Part shown: positions 12,972-25,539 of the stretch, in pieces
Position numbering within the stretch: the stretch's first letter is position 1
How the letters are laid out: each line of letters starts with the position of its first letter
Assembly: GCF_009914755.1 (NCBI RefSeq)
Contig: NC_060926.1
From: the human T2T-CHM13v2.0 reference genome, Homo sapiens
Length of the DNA: 64,000 nt
Strand: one strand, 5' to 3'
Notes under the pieces: generated by a model
The model's database searches: none
Told to the model about the DNA's origin: nothing
Seen by the model: only the letters and a program-made list of their open reading frames with translations
Made by a program: the position numbers and the translations under genes

Positions 12972-14157
12972 TACCTAGGCCTAACCTGGGAAAAAATATC
13001 AGATAATAGTTCTCTTAATTAATAAGGCTAATTTCTGGGTAGGCTACATATTTATCATCCACAAACACAATTTATATATTCATATCTAAATCTTATTTGA
13101 ATATATAGTTGTCCAAAATACTTTAGATTTTGTTTTTAAAGGTTATAAACCAAAATATCAGTGTTTAAAAATTGTTGATGTTATCTCCTAGATAATTTTA
13201 TCCAAACATGGTTTTAAAAAATGATTTATTGCCCAGAAAGGCAATAAAAATTAGTTCTGAGTTAGAAAAATGGAGGAAAAAATTCTCCTGCACCTGGTCA
13301 GAAAGTGCTATTTAGCTTTTGAGAATAATTTTGAAGGGCACAAAGGCATTCTCATGTTGATGGTTTCACTCTGGGGTTTGTTTTCTGAAACTGCCTAGAG
13401 CACCAAATCCAAAAAAAAAAAAAACAAAAAAAAAAACAGGTGTGTGCATTTCCTATGGGAATCTGTCATCCCTCTGGTTCTCCTCTCTTCTAAGAATAAG
13501 AAAAATTCAAATTTCCTCTTTCAAGTCATGCTTCAACATGCCAAGGGCAGACACCACACACCTGCTCCTCCGTCCCAGAACGTCAGTCATCATCAGCGGG
13601 AAGGCAGGCAGGGACAGGGAGCAGGCACGGGGGGACTGGCAGCCACCTGAAGAACCGGGCACAGCCGTGGTTGTTCTCCATGTCTGGTGGCGGAAAGTCA
13701 CAACATTTGGAAAAGTCAGAAATGCAGAGCAAGCTAGCTACTTAATTCCTTTACTGGAAATAAAGATGGAAAACAGTTTTTATGGCTTGTCAGCTTTCAG
13801 CAGGTTGGGAGAATACTAACCACACGTGCCATCACTCCATTCTTGTGCTAACTTATTTACACCATCTGCGGAGAAAACCACGGGCTAGAAGGAAATTACC
13901 TTGACAACTTCTTTTGCCCAAAGAGCTGTTGTATTTTCTCAATGCTCTAGTCTAGACTTGCTCCAAAAACACATTTGAGATGTTGCACTGGAAAGTTTCT
14001 CATTTGAATTTACGAGTTCTGACCTGGCTGGGGTTAATTTGTCTAACAAAAAGTAAATACTTTCATTCCTAACCAAATTTTAAAGGATAAATATGTTTAG
14101 AGTAAGCATTATAATGTAGGCACCCATTAATTGACTGTAATTGGTAGGTTTAAGAAT

Positions 14158-14232
14158 GAGCCCCCAAAGATAGCCAAGTCCTGAGCCCCCAAAGATAGCC
14201 AAGTCCTGAGCCCCCAAAGATAGCCAAGTCCT
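14158..14232. repeat. Perfect 25-bp x3 tandem repeat GAGCCCCCAAAGATAGCCAAGTCCT
   Basis: Three identical units at 14158, 14183 and 14208. Confidence 0.97.
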
Positions 14233-14444
14233 AATCCCCAGAACCTGTGAATGTGTTCTGTTACTCGGCTAGAAGGACTTTGCAGCTGTGGCTAAGTTGA
14301 GGGGCGGGGGAAGAGGGTCCTGGATATCCAGCTGAGCCCAATGTAATCACAAGCACCCTTGTAAGAGGGAGGTGGGAGGGCTAGAGTGAGATAAGCAGAG
14401 ATTTGAAAACATTACCCTGCTGTCTTTAAAGATGGAGAAAGAGG

Positions 14445-14687
14445 GGCCGGGCGCGGTGGCTCACGCCTGGAATCCAGCACTCTGGGAGGCCAAGGCGGGC
14501 GGATCACGAGGTCAGGAGATCCAGGCCATCCTGGCTAACACGGTGAAACCCCGTCTCTACTAAAAATACAAAAACTTAGCCGGGCGTCGTGGCAGGCGCC
14601 TGTAGTCCCAGCTACTCGGGAGGCTGAAGCAGGAGAATGGCGTGAACCTGGGAGGCGGAGCTTGCGTCTCAAAAAAAAAAAAAAAAA
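14445..14687 (+). mobile_element. AluY with internal deletion near the 3' end
   Basis: Y diagnostics (GATCACGAGGTCAGGAGATC, CTGGCTAACACGG, GAATGGCGTGAACC, GGAGCTTGC); CTTGC joins directly to GTCTC-A17. Confidence 0.95.
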
Positions 14688-15359
14688 GATAGAGCAAGAC
14701 GTCTGGAGACCAGGAATACAGGTAGCTTCTAAAAGGTGGAAAAGGCAATTAAGTGGATTTACCCATAAAACCTCCAGAGGAACACAGCCCTACAGAGACC
14801 GTGATTTTAACCCAGTGAAAGCCACTGTGGACTTCTGACCTCCGGAACTGTACAAAAATAAATCGGTGTTGTTTTAAGCCACGAATGTGATATATCAGAA
14901 GTAGGGAACTAATACATTTACGAAGCAAGACCTAAAAGTCTGTTTAACTTTTATGGAGGAAATTGTATCCAAAATTCACAAAATTAGGGACCATATGATT
15001 ACATTTCACCATACACTGTCACAATTATATGCAAATGACTATGCACGAGGTTATACTCAAGGTGTTTGTGTTTCAACAACAGTGTTTTCATTTTAATGCT
15101 AGAGGATACGTTTTAGAGTTGAGAAACATACCATACCATCAGTACACATAGACATATTTAGAATATGAACGCAGATTCAGCACTGCTGAAGTAAACAGGT
15201 TGCCAGTTAATTCTGATAACTTGACTTTTTGATGAGTAAAATCTCACCTTCTGTGGAAATGGAGTTTGCGTGCATGTGTGCAGTTAACTGGAAAGATTGT
15301 AGGAAGCAAACGAGCCTATTTTAAGAATGTTCTCTAAAACTTCAAGGGAAGTCGAAGTT

Positions 15360-15663
15360 TGATTTTCACTCCCTACCACCTCAAAAATAAAACCAAAAAT
15401 AAGGCAGGGCCATGTGGCAGGTAAGGTGCCAAGGTGTGCAGGGGAGGGGACAGCCCAATAGTCACTGGCTCATAAACAGTGGTGAGTGAAGCTGATGGGG
15501 TACCAGCAGAGCAATCTCTTCAGAAGCAGGCAGTTGAGGCTCGATCCTACAAATGGGCCCTAAGCCAAAGACTATGGGTTTTCACAAATTTGTCTCTTAC
15601 CTTAGAAACCATGAGACCAAGTGAGACCAAAAACAAACATCAAAAAAACAAAAACAAAAAGCC
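15360..15663 (+). repeat. Long inverted repeat IR1, left arm
   Basis: Reverse complement of 16192-16496; 11 substitutions counted by hand over ~296 bp. Confidence 0.97.
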
Positions 15664-16191
15664 CCCACAATTCTCTGAGGCTTATTTTGGAGAGAAGCTC
15701 TAGCCAGCTGCCGCAAACTTCTCTTTGTTACTGTTTACATATGGCGGACGGATGTAGATGCACTGGGCTGAATGTGGAAGGCATAGTGAAAGGTGGCAAC
15801 CCCGTGGAAAAAAGCATCTCTGATGTTCATGTACTTACCAAAATTAAGGTAATGAGATGTTAGATGGCCATTTCTGAAGCCTGCTACCTTGACGGGATGT
15901 GGGGAAAGTATCTGGATTGGGGGACAAAGCATCACAAACTCTGAGTCACCAGTTTCCCTTTATTTAGCAATTAGAGGGTTATTTAGGGAACTCTGGATGT
16001 GAGCCTCAGGACTGTGCATTGAGCCACGTGCAATAGCAGTAAGTCCTGACCCATATCCACTTGGCCTGGAATTGGTGAGTAAGACCCTTAGAAAAGCAGT
16101 ACTCGCTGATAGTTTTCCAAAGAGTACCAAAAGCTAGAAACTCCTGTCTGGATGAATAAGGCAAGGCTGTACTGATGCCCTTGTGTGGAAA

Positions 16192-16496
16192 GGCTTGTTC
16201 GTTTTTGTTTTTTTGATGTTTGTTTTTGGTCTCATTTGGTCTCATGGTTTCTAAGGTGAGAGACAAGTTTGTGAAAACCCATAGTCTTTGGCTTAGGGCT
16301 CATTTGTAGGATCGAGCCTCATCTGCCTGCTTCTGAAGAGATTGCTCTGCTGGTACCCCAGCAGCTTCACTCACCACCGTTTATGAGCCAGTGACTATTG
16401 GGCTGTCCCCTCCCCTGCACACCCTGGCACCTTACCTGGCACATGGCCCTGCCTTATTTTTGGTTTTATTTTTGAAGTGGTAGGGAGGGAAAATCA
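16192..16496 (-). repeat. Long inverted repeat IR1, right arm
   Basis: Reverse complement of 15360-15663; also visible as the shared peptide SLTLETMRP.ETKNKHQKNKN in opposite-strand ORFs. Confidence 0.97.
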
Positions 16497-19282
16497 TTAC
16501 ATTAATTTCTCTGTCTCCACTCAGCTGCTCCCAACAGACCATTCTTACCTTTGCAGCAGTGACCAGCGTTCTCCATCTCTTACTTTCATGTCTACCTAGC
16601 TGGTGAGGCTTTTAAAAATTGTGCATGAGAGGAACATGCATCATTCCAGTGACGTCTCTCTTCCCTCCCCCCGCCCCCGATATTAAAGCTGCTCAATTTA
16701 GACCCTGAATTAGTAGTTTGTAAACTATATTGATTCACAGACCCCTTTTAAATTCTAATAAAAGATGTGCATACATCCTCCTCCCCTAGACAGGAGATTG
16801 TGTGTATGCAAATACTTATACACCAAGTGCAACATATATTTGCATAAGTTCACGAATTCCCCCAAAGTTCATTTACAGAGGACCATGTAAAAAAAAAAAA
16901 GCCCTCACCTTAAAGGATTATTTCACCCTGTTTTGGGGTTGCCAAGAGCTTTAAAAAGAGAGAAGGAGTGCAGTGATGCATGTGCTTTTTTAAAAAAGAC
17001 AGCTTGGTTCTTTCTATGAGTTGTTGAACAGTTGAAAAGCAAATAAACGTCAGTGGATCTGAATCCCAACATTGTTTAATGACAACCCTGCCATATTTGC
17101 CAACTTGCTGCTTAACAACAATCCTGTTGACACTGTGTAAAAAGCTTTCCAGGTCCTCCCAGGTAAATAACCCACTCCTACCGGTCACCTGGCCGCCCAG
17201 CTGAGCTCTTTCATGAATACACACAGAATTCATGAAGATGAGTCATTCTTCTGCCAAATGTACCTTGATGTATTATAGCTTTTACTTCTTCATGCTATCA
17301 TTTCATACACTAATCTCACAAAGACGATTGTAAGAAGAAAGTCAATTTAAGTAGAAATCTATGACTGAAATGATATAAAGAATAAAATGTCCCTATTTGT
17401 GAAAATTGTAAACGCCTAACTTTTCTGAATCATTTGGGTTTGCATTTCTCTAGTATGTGTAGCATATTTGATAAATGAAAAAAGATTTTTTTTTTTGGTA
17501 GGAGGAGGGATTTATTTCATTTGCTCCTGAAGTTAAATCTCATGAAATCATGTGAAATTCAGTGATGTGTTACTGGGAACAAAAAGGGTAAGTTGTTTTA
17601 TTTCATTAAAAATTATAACAAAATCATAGATTCATCATAAGCAAATGGGAGAAGTGGTAGGTTTCCTTAGGAAGAAAAAGAATGGAGCAGAACTTTTGAT
17701 GAAGAAAAAGAATTGTGGGGTAGAAGGTAGATAAACAGCATTGTGCTGTTGCTGGCTGGCTCTAATGGTAATTTGATCGCTCTCAGAGCAGCAGCCTGGC
17801 AAGAAGCCTAAAGGAGCACAGAACTAACCCATGGAAGAAGGGGGTGGGGAATGGAATTTGTTGGATTCGCTAATTAGGCCCTTTCCTAACAGCCAAGAAG
17901 GAAATGGATTACCTGTGGCTGTGACTAAGAGACTTATGGCCAACAAGCCAAGTTACCTGCATGAGGTTCTGCCAAGAAGTATTAGACTAACTCCAGCTTT
18001 CACAGTGGTTTTACTCAAGTTTGGAAAACAGGCAGGAATATCTGGAAAAAGTCAGGTGACAGTTTTAACTTTGAACAGCAAATGAAGTTAACAAAAAGAT
18101 TTCCCAAAGTCAAAAGTGATTTAAACTGCTAGAATAAATCTTAAATGCCAGAATTCAGATTGGAGGCAGAAAGATCAGCAAAGACAGGGCTCTGCTATGT
18201 GAGAGGAGCCTGAATTGAAATTGCAGTATAATGAAATTTTAGAGGACAGAGGCATATTAGATATTTCATTTTCCCCTCACTCTTGCATCTTGCATATGAG
18301 GAAACTCGGGTTCACAGAGCTTCTATGTCACTATATGACTTACCTAGGATCCTATACTTGATGTCAAACCTAATAGGTTATGGAGTCCCTGAGGACTAGT
18401 TCGGGGACACTGAAAATAGAGAAATGGATGCAAGAGGTACTGCAATGAAAAACCAATGCTGATTAAGAACAACTGAAGAAGCTGCAACTTAGTGGAAAAG
18501 ACACCAAATTGTAAGCAGGTATTGGCATGATTGACAACTAATTTTAGTGCTTTATTCCCCATGGAAGGCTCTTTTTAGCTTTTTCTTGGGTTAGGAACTT
18601 TTTTTAAAAAGTACATTCTAATCACCCTTTCTATAGCCATGTCTGCAGAAAACCAAAAACAATAGACACAGTGAAGTGGTTTTTACCACTACAAATTGTC
18701 AAGAAAATGACATAATCTATACTGTTCTTCTTATTGAAACAGAAAGTCCTTAGAAATGTTATTATATTATTTGTACATCTCTAGAATGATTTAAGATAGG
18801 GACTTCTAATTACTTCTAGTTATAAATTGAGAACGAATTTTAAGTGGAATCTAATCATTATTAGATTCTAATATTCTCATAAACTTTATCTAAGGAGCTG
18901 AAGGTCTAGAAACCTGCAGTAAAAAGAAAGGGGCACCTTGGCTGTATTGTTAATATATATAAATCTTAACTCTTATAGAACACTTTCCAAAGTTTTTTAA
19001 TATCACACAAAAGTAGGGGAAAGACTTCTGGGAAGTTTTCTGCTGTTTAATAAGGAACTTTGTGTATTGGAATGTCATTAATATTATTGAATCAAGAAAA
19101 ATGGATCTGTGGTCTGTATATTTAAAGTTCATTTAAATTGTTAAATGATTATCTCAGATGTCACTATCTTGGAAATTGTAGAAATAAGACACCTTCAATA
19201 TAACTATTATTTTGGTGTTTTGTGCTCATAGATACAGAAAGAGTGATTTAAGAAGCACTATAAAAATATATGGATATTTCCA

Positions 19283-19597
<315 letters not shown>

Positions 19598-21744
19598 CTA
19601 AAAAGAAGCATAAAATTAGCTCTAAATCATGCTAATAGGTGATCTCAATTTGGCATCTTTTTTGCTAATTAGTAATTTATTCAATTGTTGTTTATCTACA
19701 ATTAGTTTTTCATAGTCTTGGATTAAAACACAATGTCCACTGACATAACGTAAAGCCATGGTAAAATTTACCAGAGCCCCTGATTTAAGCACTCTATTAA
19801 ACGAATCCAAAGATATTAAATGAAAGAAGTGGACTTTATCCTTTTTATTTTCATAATTTTCATTTTATGAGATAAATTATTTTAATTTTACATGACCATT
19901 TAGGTATTTCAATAATGAGAATAAACCATTTGAAAATAAGTCAGTGGTAGTAGTATATAAAAGCATTTGACATAAAGGAGAAAATGTCTAACATATTTTG
20001 AACATCTCTTCAAAAGGATATGATAAATATTAAGTATTATAACAACATAATTTGTTTTGCTGTTAATCACCAAAGCCCATAGGATAAAACCTCATCTAAA
20101 GGCTGTCTTCAAAAGAGACAGAAAGTACAGAAATATCAGTGGATATTTATGAACTATAAACTCAAAACTGTAAAAGTGTATTTCAGAAAAGAAGCACAGC
20201 ATAGTACATCACTTATATTTTAGATATTCATAATTTGAATATTCCATAGCCATAGCATTTGAAATAGAAAGCATCGAAGAAGTGGTTGACAGTGGCTATT
20301 TAAGAACTAGGTCTTATTTCTTAAGCATGAAATGGCAACAGCAATGACGGAGCAAGTGTTGAATTCATTCTGCCAGGATTTGGGAATAAACTGATGAAGT
20401 TCCAAGCAGAGTGACTCTGCATATCACTCCCATCTCCAGGAAGCTGCCACAGCAAGGGCTCTCAGTTATGTTTCCAGTCGAATTATCAGAAAGTAAATGT
20501 GAAATCAGAGCATGAACTTACCCTTCAGAGAACTTCCATATTACTCATGGTATTTGGACAATTCTAACCCCAAATCATGCAAGGGAGGCCTGGAAGCAAC
20601 CAGAGTTCACCTTCAGTTGCTGGCACTTGAAACGTACTGGAGCCAACCTACAAATGCCAACATATTTTCTTGTATTCTCCTTTTTTTTCTGTTTAAAATT
20701 TATGTCAATACGCACTAATCATTTTACCGTAAAAAGATTAAGTCCTTTAAAATACACGAACACATTTAGAATTTTTGTTTTATTTATCAACTTCCAGCCT
20801 ATGTATGTTTTTGTATTATACATTCTAGTGTTACATATGTCAGGCGTCTCTGAGTCTTCCTCCTCATGTGCCATGCCGGCTGCAGCTTCTGCTCTCCTGT
20901 GGTGTTACATACCTGTCCTACATAATTGCAAATTATCTAATTGCAGATATTCTCATTGTACCAATAGTGAAAGAAAAAGGCAAAGTCACTCAGGTCTGAG
21001 AGTTATAAACCTGAACAGAAACCTTGGTAATCTCTGGGTATTAATAACCTTAATAATCTTTTATTCAGGCAACATAATATTACCTGTTATAATTCCAATA
21101 ATACTATGTATAGCATCTTCTTTTAATCACTGCAAGATGAAATATTATGAATTCACAGCACCATGTAAATTCCAGTTTTGGATGGAGTTCTGTAATTGTT
21201 TAATCACAAACACACAGACCCATGAAGAAACAGTTTGTTAAGAGAGAGAGGGAGAGAGGAAGAGAGCACTTCCATTTGATCTTGAATAATGTAATAAAAA
21301 TATATTTCGTATCACTTCTGTGAGAAAACAATAGCATAATTAAATATACAGTCTTAATAAACACCAAAATCTCTATTTTATGCCATTTGTAAAAATTATT
21401 TGGGATAATCAAGAGAGCTCAGATGAAAGAGTAATAGCCAGAATCGAGCATTTGCTTGTCATTCATTTAACCGGTACTCACTGAACAAATGGAAAGCACT
21501 TGAAGGAGAAGAGAGATTCCTTTCCTTTCCCTAGACTTCAACCTTTCTACTTCATAAGACTAGACCTCTAAAATGTTTATGTACCCACTTGCCTAGACAA
21601 ACATTCATATAATCACACTGGTTGGTGCCAGTGTGCGTGTGCTGTTGTTGGGGATGTTGTTGATGGGGAAATGGTACAAAAGGTGGGCAGAGAGCAGAAC
21701 TGTTACCTAGAGATGGAGAGAAATTGGGGCAACTCTCATTAGTT

Positions 21745-21845
21745 TATTCATTCATGGGTTCACTCATTGATTCATTCAATCTTTAATTTATTTCATGTAA
21801 CATATTTCCTGAGAACCTACTGTGTTGCAAGCATTGAGCTAGCAC
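21745..21845 (-). mobile_element. L2 3' terminus
   Basis: (ATTC)n-like run followed by CATATTTCCTGAGAACCTACTGTGTTGCAAGCATTGAGCTAG. Confidence 0.6.
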
Positions 21846-23479
21846 AGCTATCCTCCTTTCAGATAGCTAACTAGCCAGCTGAAAATGAGTTGCTGTAATT
21901 TTACAGAGGAAATAACTCAAATAACAACTTGTAGTATTTTCAGTACTTTTAGTAGTTTGCTTCACTAACACAAAAATGTATTTTTTAAAAAAGGGAAAAA
22001 AACTGAGTGGTGCAACGAAAAGCAAAAATACTTTCCTAATTACAGATGTCCATCTGTGGGTCTATTAGTCTTAAATTACCAGTGATTAAATTCTAATTGT
22101 AGCAGAGAAACAAGCTTCTAGGCAGTTAAAAAGAAAAACAACAAAACCAAACAGTGAAACAGAGTACAATGAATACGGGTAATTTATCTATCTCTACATT
22201 TAAGCTATATCTAAGAGCGAGCCTGTCTCCTTGCACACCTTTTCTCTGCTTTCAAGAAATAAGACAGTGTTTTCAATGAAGTTATGAATCTCTTATCCAA
22301 ACAGCGAGCTCGAGTATGAAATATGCATGTTAGCAAGTGATAAACACTTTGAAAGGAAATTTTGATAAATTTTCTCATTTGAAGCCAGTTCCCTTTAAGA
22401 AGCTAGACATATGTTTTATGTGTAATTACATAACAACAATTCTATAGAAAAAAATAAATCTCTTCTCCAGAGTTAACGAGATCCTTTCTTTGCAAGAAGT
22501 AGAGAGTAGAGTGCATTCCTGCTCTGCAATCCTGAATTTTGCTCAGGGGCATGTAACAGTATCTGAGCCTGCAAGGGCACCCGTCTTCCTACCAATTTCT
22601 CAGCCCATTACTAGAGTACCTTAGGCATCAGCTGAGGTGCCTTGTCTTTTTCAACTCAGTGGAATGGACTTGAGCCTTATCCCACACGTGGTGGTAACCC
22701 CATATTCCTCATTCTTACCATAAATTCTAACAGGGAAGGGGAAGGTGAGGATGGTATGTGCTTTTCCTGGCCAATTCTGACTCTGAATTGCTTCTTCTAA
22801 GGTTACGTTATTAATTGTGATGCCTTCCCACAAGAGCTGTGTCTGTACTGTGCCACATAACCCCTGAAGCTGAATAAAGAACTTTCTCCTTGATTCCCCC
22901 AGCCCTCCAAAAACATCAGGTGAGTGTGTAGCACTTTCTATTAAAGGTCTGGGGATAACAAGGTAATTTATACAGTTATCCCACTGGTGCTGCTGCTTCA
23001 GAGCTTTCCTCAAATTTCTATTCCTTTCACTTTATTAGACAGAAGAGTTATGCTCTCCACCCTTGCATAACCACAGACACATCAACAGGCTGGTGTAAAC
23101 AAGGGGCTATCTAGTATTGCTCTTTCCCTGTAGTGGTACTAGAGAGAGCCACTGAAATCCAGGTCTTTGCTTTAGTCAGCCCCAATTAGACTCTCCAGAG
23201 AAGGGAATGGTATTGATTGACTTCTCTTGATATGAGTTTGTCACTCCCCATATAAAGCAAAGTAGCTATAGTTCCTTTGGGTTTAAAATAACCATTTGAT
23301 TTATTTCCATTATACTAAATGGCCTTCAGTATTACAGATTTTGTTTTGCCTGCCACGGGATCACAAGCAAAGCCTTCTCCATACGGACAGGCTTGGAGAC
23401 AGCCTCAAGACTTAAACTTTCATTGGTCATGTCAGCATACTGTAATTTACTTTGTGCCCACATGATACACCTATATTCA

Positions 23480-23640
23480 TAACAACCAAGCAAAATAAGT
23501 ACTAATGTTCCCTATTTTATAGATAAGGAGACTGAGGTCAGAGAAATAACTTGCATAAAATTACATGGGAAATGGGAGCTTGGACAGATGTGGAACCGAG
23601 ATCTGCCAGCTGGCAAGGCTGTGTGCCCTTTCCATCATAT
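23480..23640 (-). mobile_element. MIR SINE
   Basis: CCCTATTTTATAGATAAGGAGACTGAGGTCAGAGAAATAACTTGC. Confidence 0.8.
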
Positions 23641-24159
23641 CCTGGTTCTAGGAGAAAAAGACGTTAAGCTGTATTTTCCAAAGTATTTGATCTCCCAACC
23701 CTGGGAAACTTTGTTTTTAAGACTTTCTCAAACAGCCTCTCATATTCTCCCAGCAGGTGATGAGGTCCCATTGTAAATGACCCAAGGACAAACAGCTCAT
23801 GACTTCAAAGGAGGCCTCTTCAACCCAGGGCAAATTCAGGCCTTCATTCCAGGGGTCTGTAAGCAAGTACTGAGTGAAGAGATATCCTAAAATCAATCGG
23901 TAAATTGCATGTTTGAAGTAAACTAAAAACCAAATTTCAGGGTTGATGCTGGCTTTGGAGGAGATGGGAAAATCATTTGTTTGGAGACAAGAAGCATGTT
24001 ATGCCGGTAGATGTGTGCACATATGCTTCTATAAGTGGGTACATGCATTCCCACTTTTCCTGCCAAGTCTTTAGAAAACCACTTAAGTAAGAATGGAGAA
24101 ATGTAGCATTGTAGCTTCCCTACAGTTTGTGTTCATTTTGTTTATTGCAGTAAAATATA

Positions 24160-24275
24160 TATATATAAAATGCAAAATTAATTTCTGAGTACACAATTGA
24201 GTGGCATTACATATATTCACATTGTTGTGCAGCCATCACCACTATTTAACTTAGCATAATGTTTTCAAGGTTTGT
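24160..24275 (-). mobile_element. L1M 3' UTR fragment
   Basis: GTACACAATTGAGTGGCATTACATATATTCACATTGTTGTGCAGCCATCACCACTAT. Confidence 0.75.
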
Positions 24276-25304
24276 GCTACTGTTTTAATTGTTTGCCTCT
24301 TTGCAGTTCCTCTTTGCCAACCCTGGATAATGGCAACAACTTCTTTAGTGGCATGCTGCATGCTCTGTTTGGTCATGTCCAGAGATACCCAAGATAAAGA
24401 AGTTTGATAAATATACACATTAACTCAGCAAAAATAACATGGTTATTTTCATGAATATTGCACTTGGGCACATCAGCAAAATTCAAAAGTGATAAAAGGT
24501 GAGCATTGTATATGAATTTTGCATATGTACATGGTAATATTTTGACACTAGGAACAATATTTTAAGTTGAAATGTCTATATTTTAATTTAGTAAAGATTT
24601 GGCAAGCCCCTGCTATATTAGCAATATCAAGATAATGAGATAAAGATCCCACTCTCAATAAAAATATAAAATTATACATGTTTCTTGTGCCCATCATCAG
24701 CCATCGTTATGAACATCACTCTGAACTGTTATGCACAATAAGATAACTAGAGGGTTAAAAATGAAGGTTTTACTGCTCACGTTGAATATTATTTTTAGAA
24801 AAGAAAGTCATTTCTATTATAGAGGAGGCATTGTGGTCTACTATAATGGCAAGCATATTAAAAACAATGCATTCCTGGTGAAATAATGCTTAGAGCATAG
24901 TCAACAAAATAAGCAGGCTGCTGAAAAAAGTTTAAATGTCATATTTCATTAATTCTAAGACACATTTCCTCCTGCTTTTAGATCTCTCAAATTGAAAGGC
25001 ATCTTACAACCTATAGATGAAATCTAGTAAATAGAATAAGATAAAAAGTATCTTAGTTTCTTTCCTTGGGTTGTTTGCCTTTCTTTTAAGGGAAGGTTTG
25101 TTTGACTGTTGTGTTTTGTTTTTAACAGCTTGTTTATGAATCTTCCCTTTTCTAGCGTTAATGATTGTGTGAGCCTAGAATTTAAATGGTACAAAACTCT
25201 GATTTTTGTTTTTATTCTTTGTTCTGACCATTACTGAGGGGAGTACAGGACACTGAAGCAGAAACAAGGTCTGAAAGTGGCAATGTGGACCTTGCTCCTC
25301 TGTG

Positions 25305-25530
25305 GAGGACTCTGGTACCTGTCTGTGTCTGAATCTTGCCACTTCCACTTATCTAGCTTTGCGATCTGGAAAAGATTAACTTTAGCCTCTCTGTGCCTCA
25401 GTTTCTTCAAGTGCTGAATAATGGTATCTACCTCATAGTGCTGCTATGAGGGTTGAGTTTAATATAAGTAAGGCCTTAGAATAATGCCTGGCACATACTA
25501 AATATTCTCTCAACTTTAGCTGTTACCATT
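25305..25530 (+). mobile_element. MIR SINE
   Basis: CCTCTCTGTGCCTCAGTTTCTTCA...GTATCTACCTCATAG...TGCCTGGCACATA. Confidence 0.85.
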
Positions 25531-25539
25531 GTGCCTCAC

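Larger units (their letters stand above)
14140..14916 (+). mobile_element. MaLR LTR (MLT1C/D-like) interrupted by an AluY
   Basis: TGGTAGGTTTAAGAATG...CCCCCAAAGAT...GTCCTAATCCCCAGAACCTGTGAATGTG start; CTTCTGACCTCCGGAACTGT...GGGAACTAATACA end. Confidence 0.9.

Noticed and set aside
14158-14232. CRISPR-like direct repeats
   Set aside because: Units are contiguous with no spacers, are LTR-derived, and the context is eukaryotic
15360-16496. IR1 as a DNA transposon with long TIRs
   Set aside because: No TSD, no family-type terminal motif and no transposase remnant; ~96% arm identity would be unexpectedly high for the long-inactive primate DNA transposons
20627-21241. 204-aa ORF as a protein-coding gene
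   Set aside because: Starts at TTG, has AT-rich-codon composition (F/I/L/N/C), no recognisable domain, and no promoter or splice context
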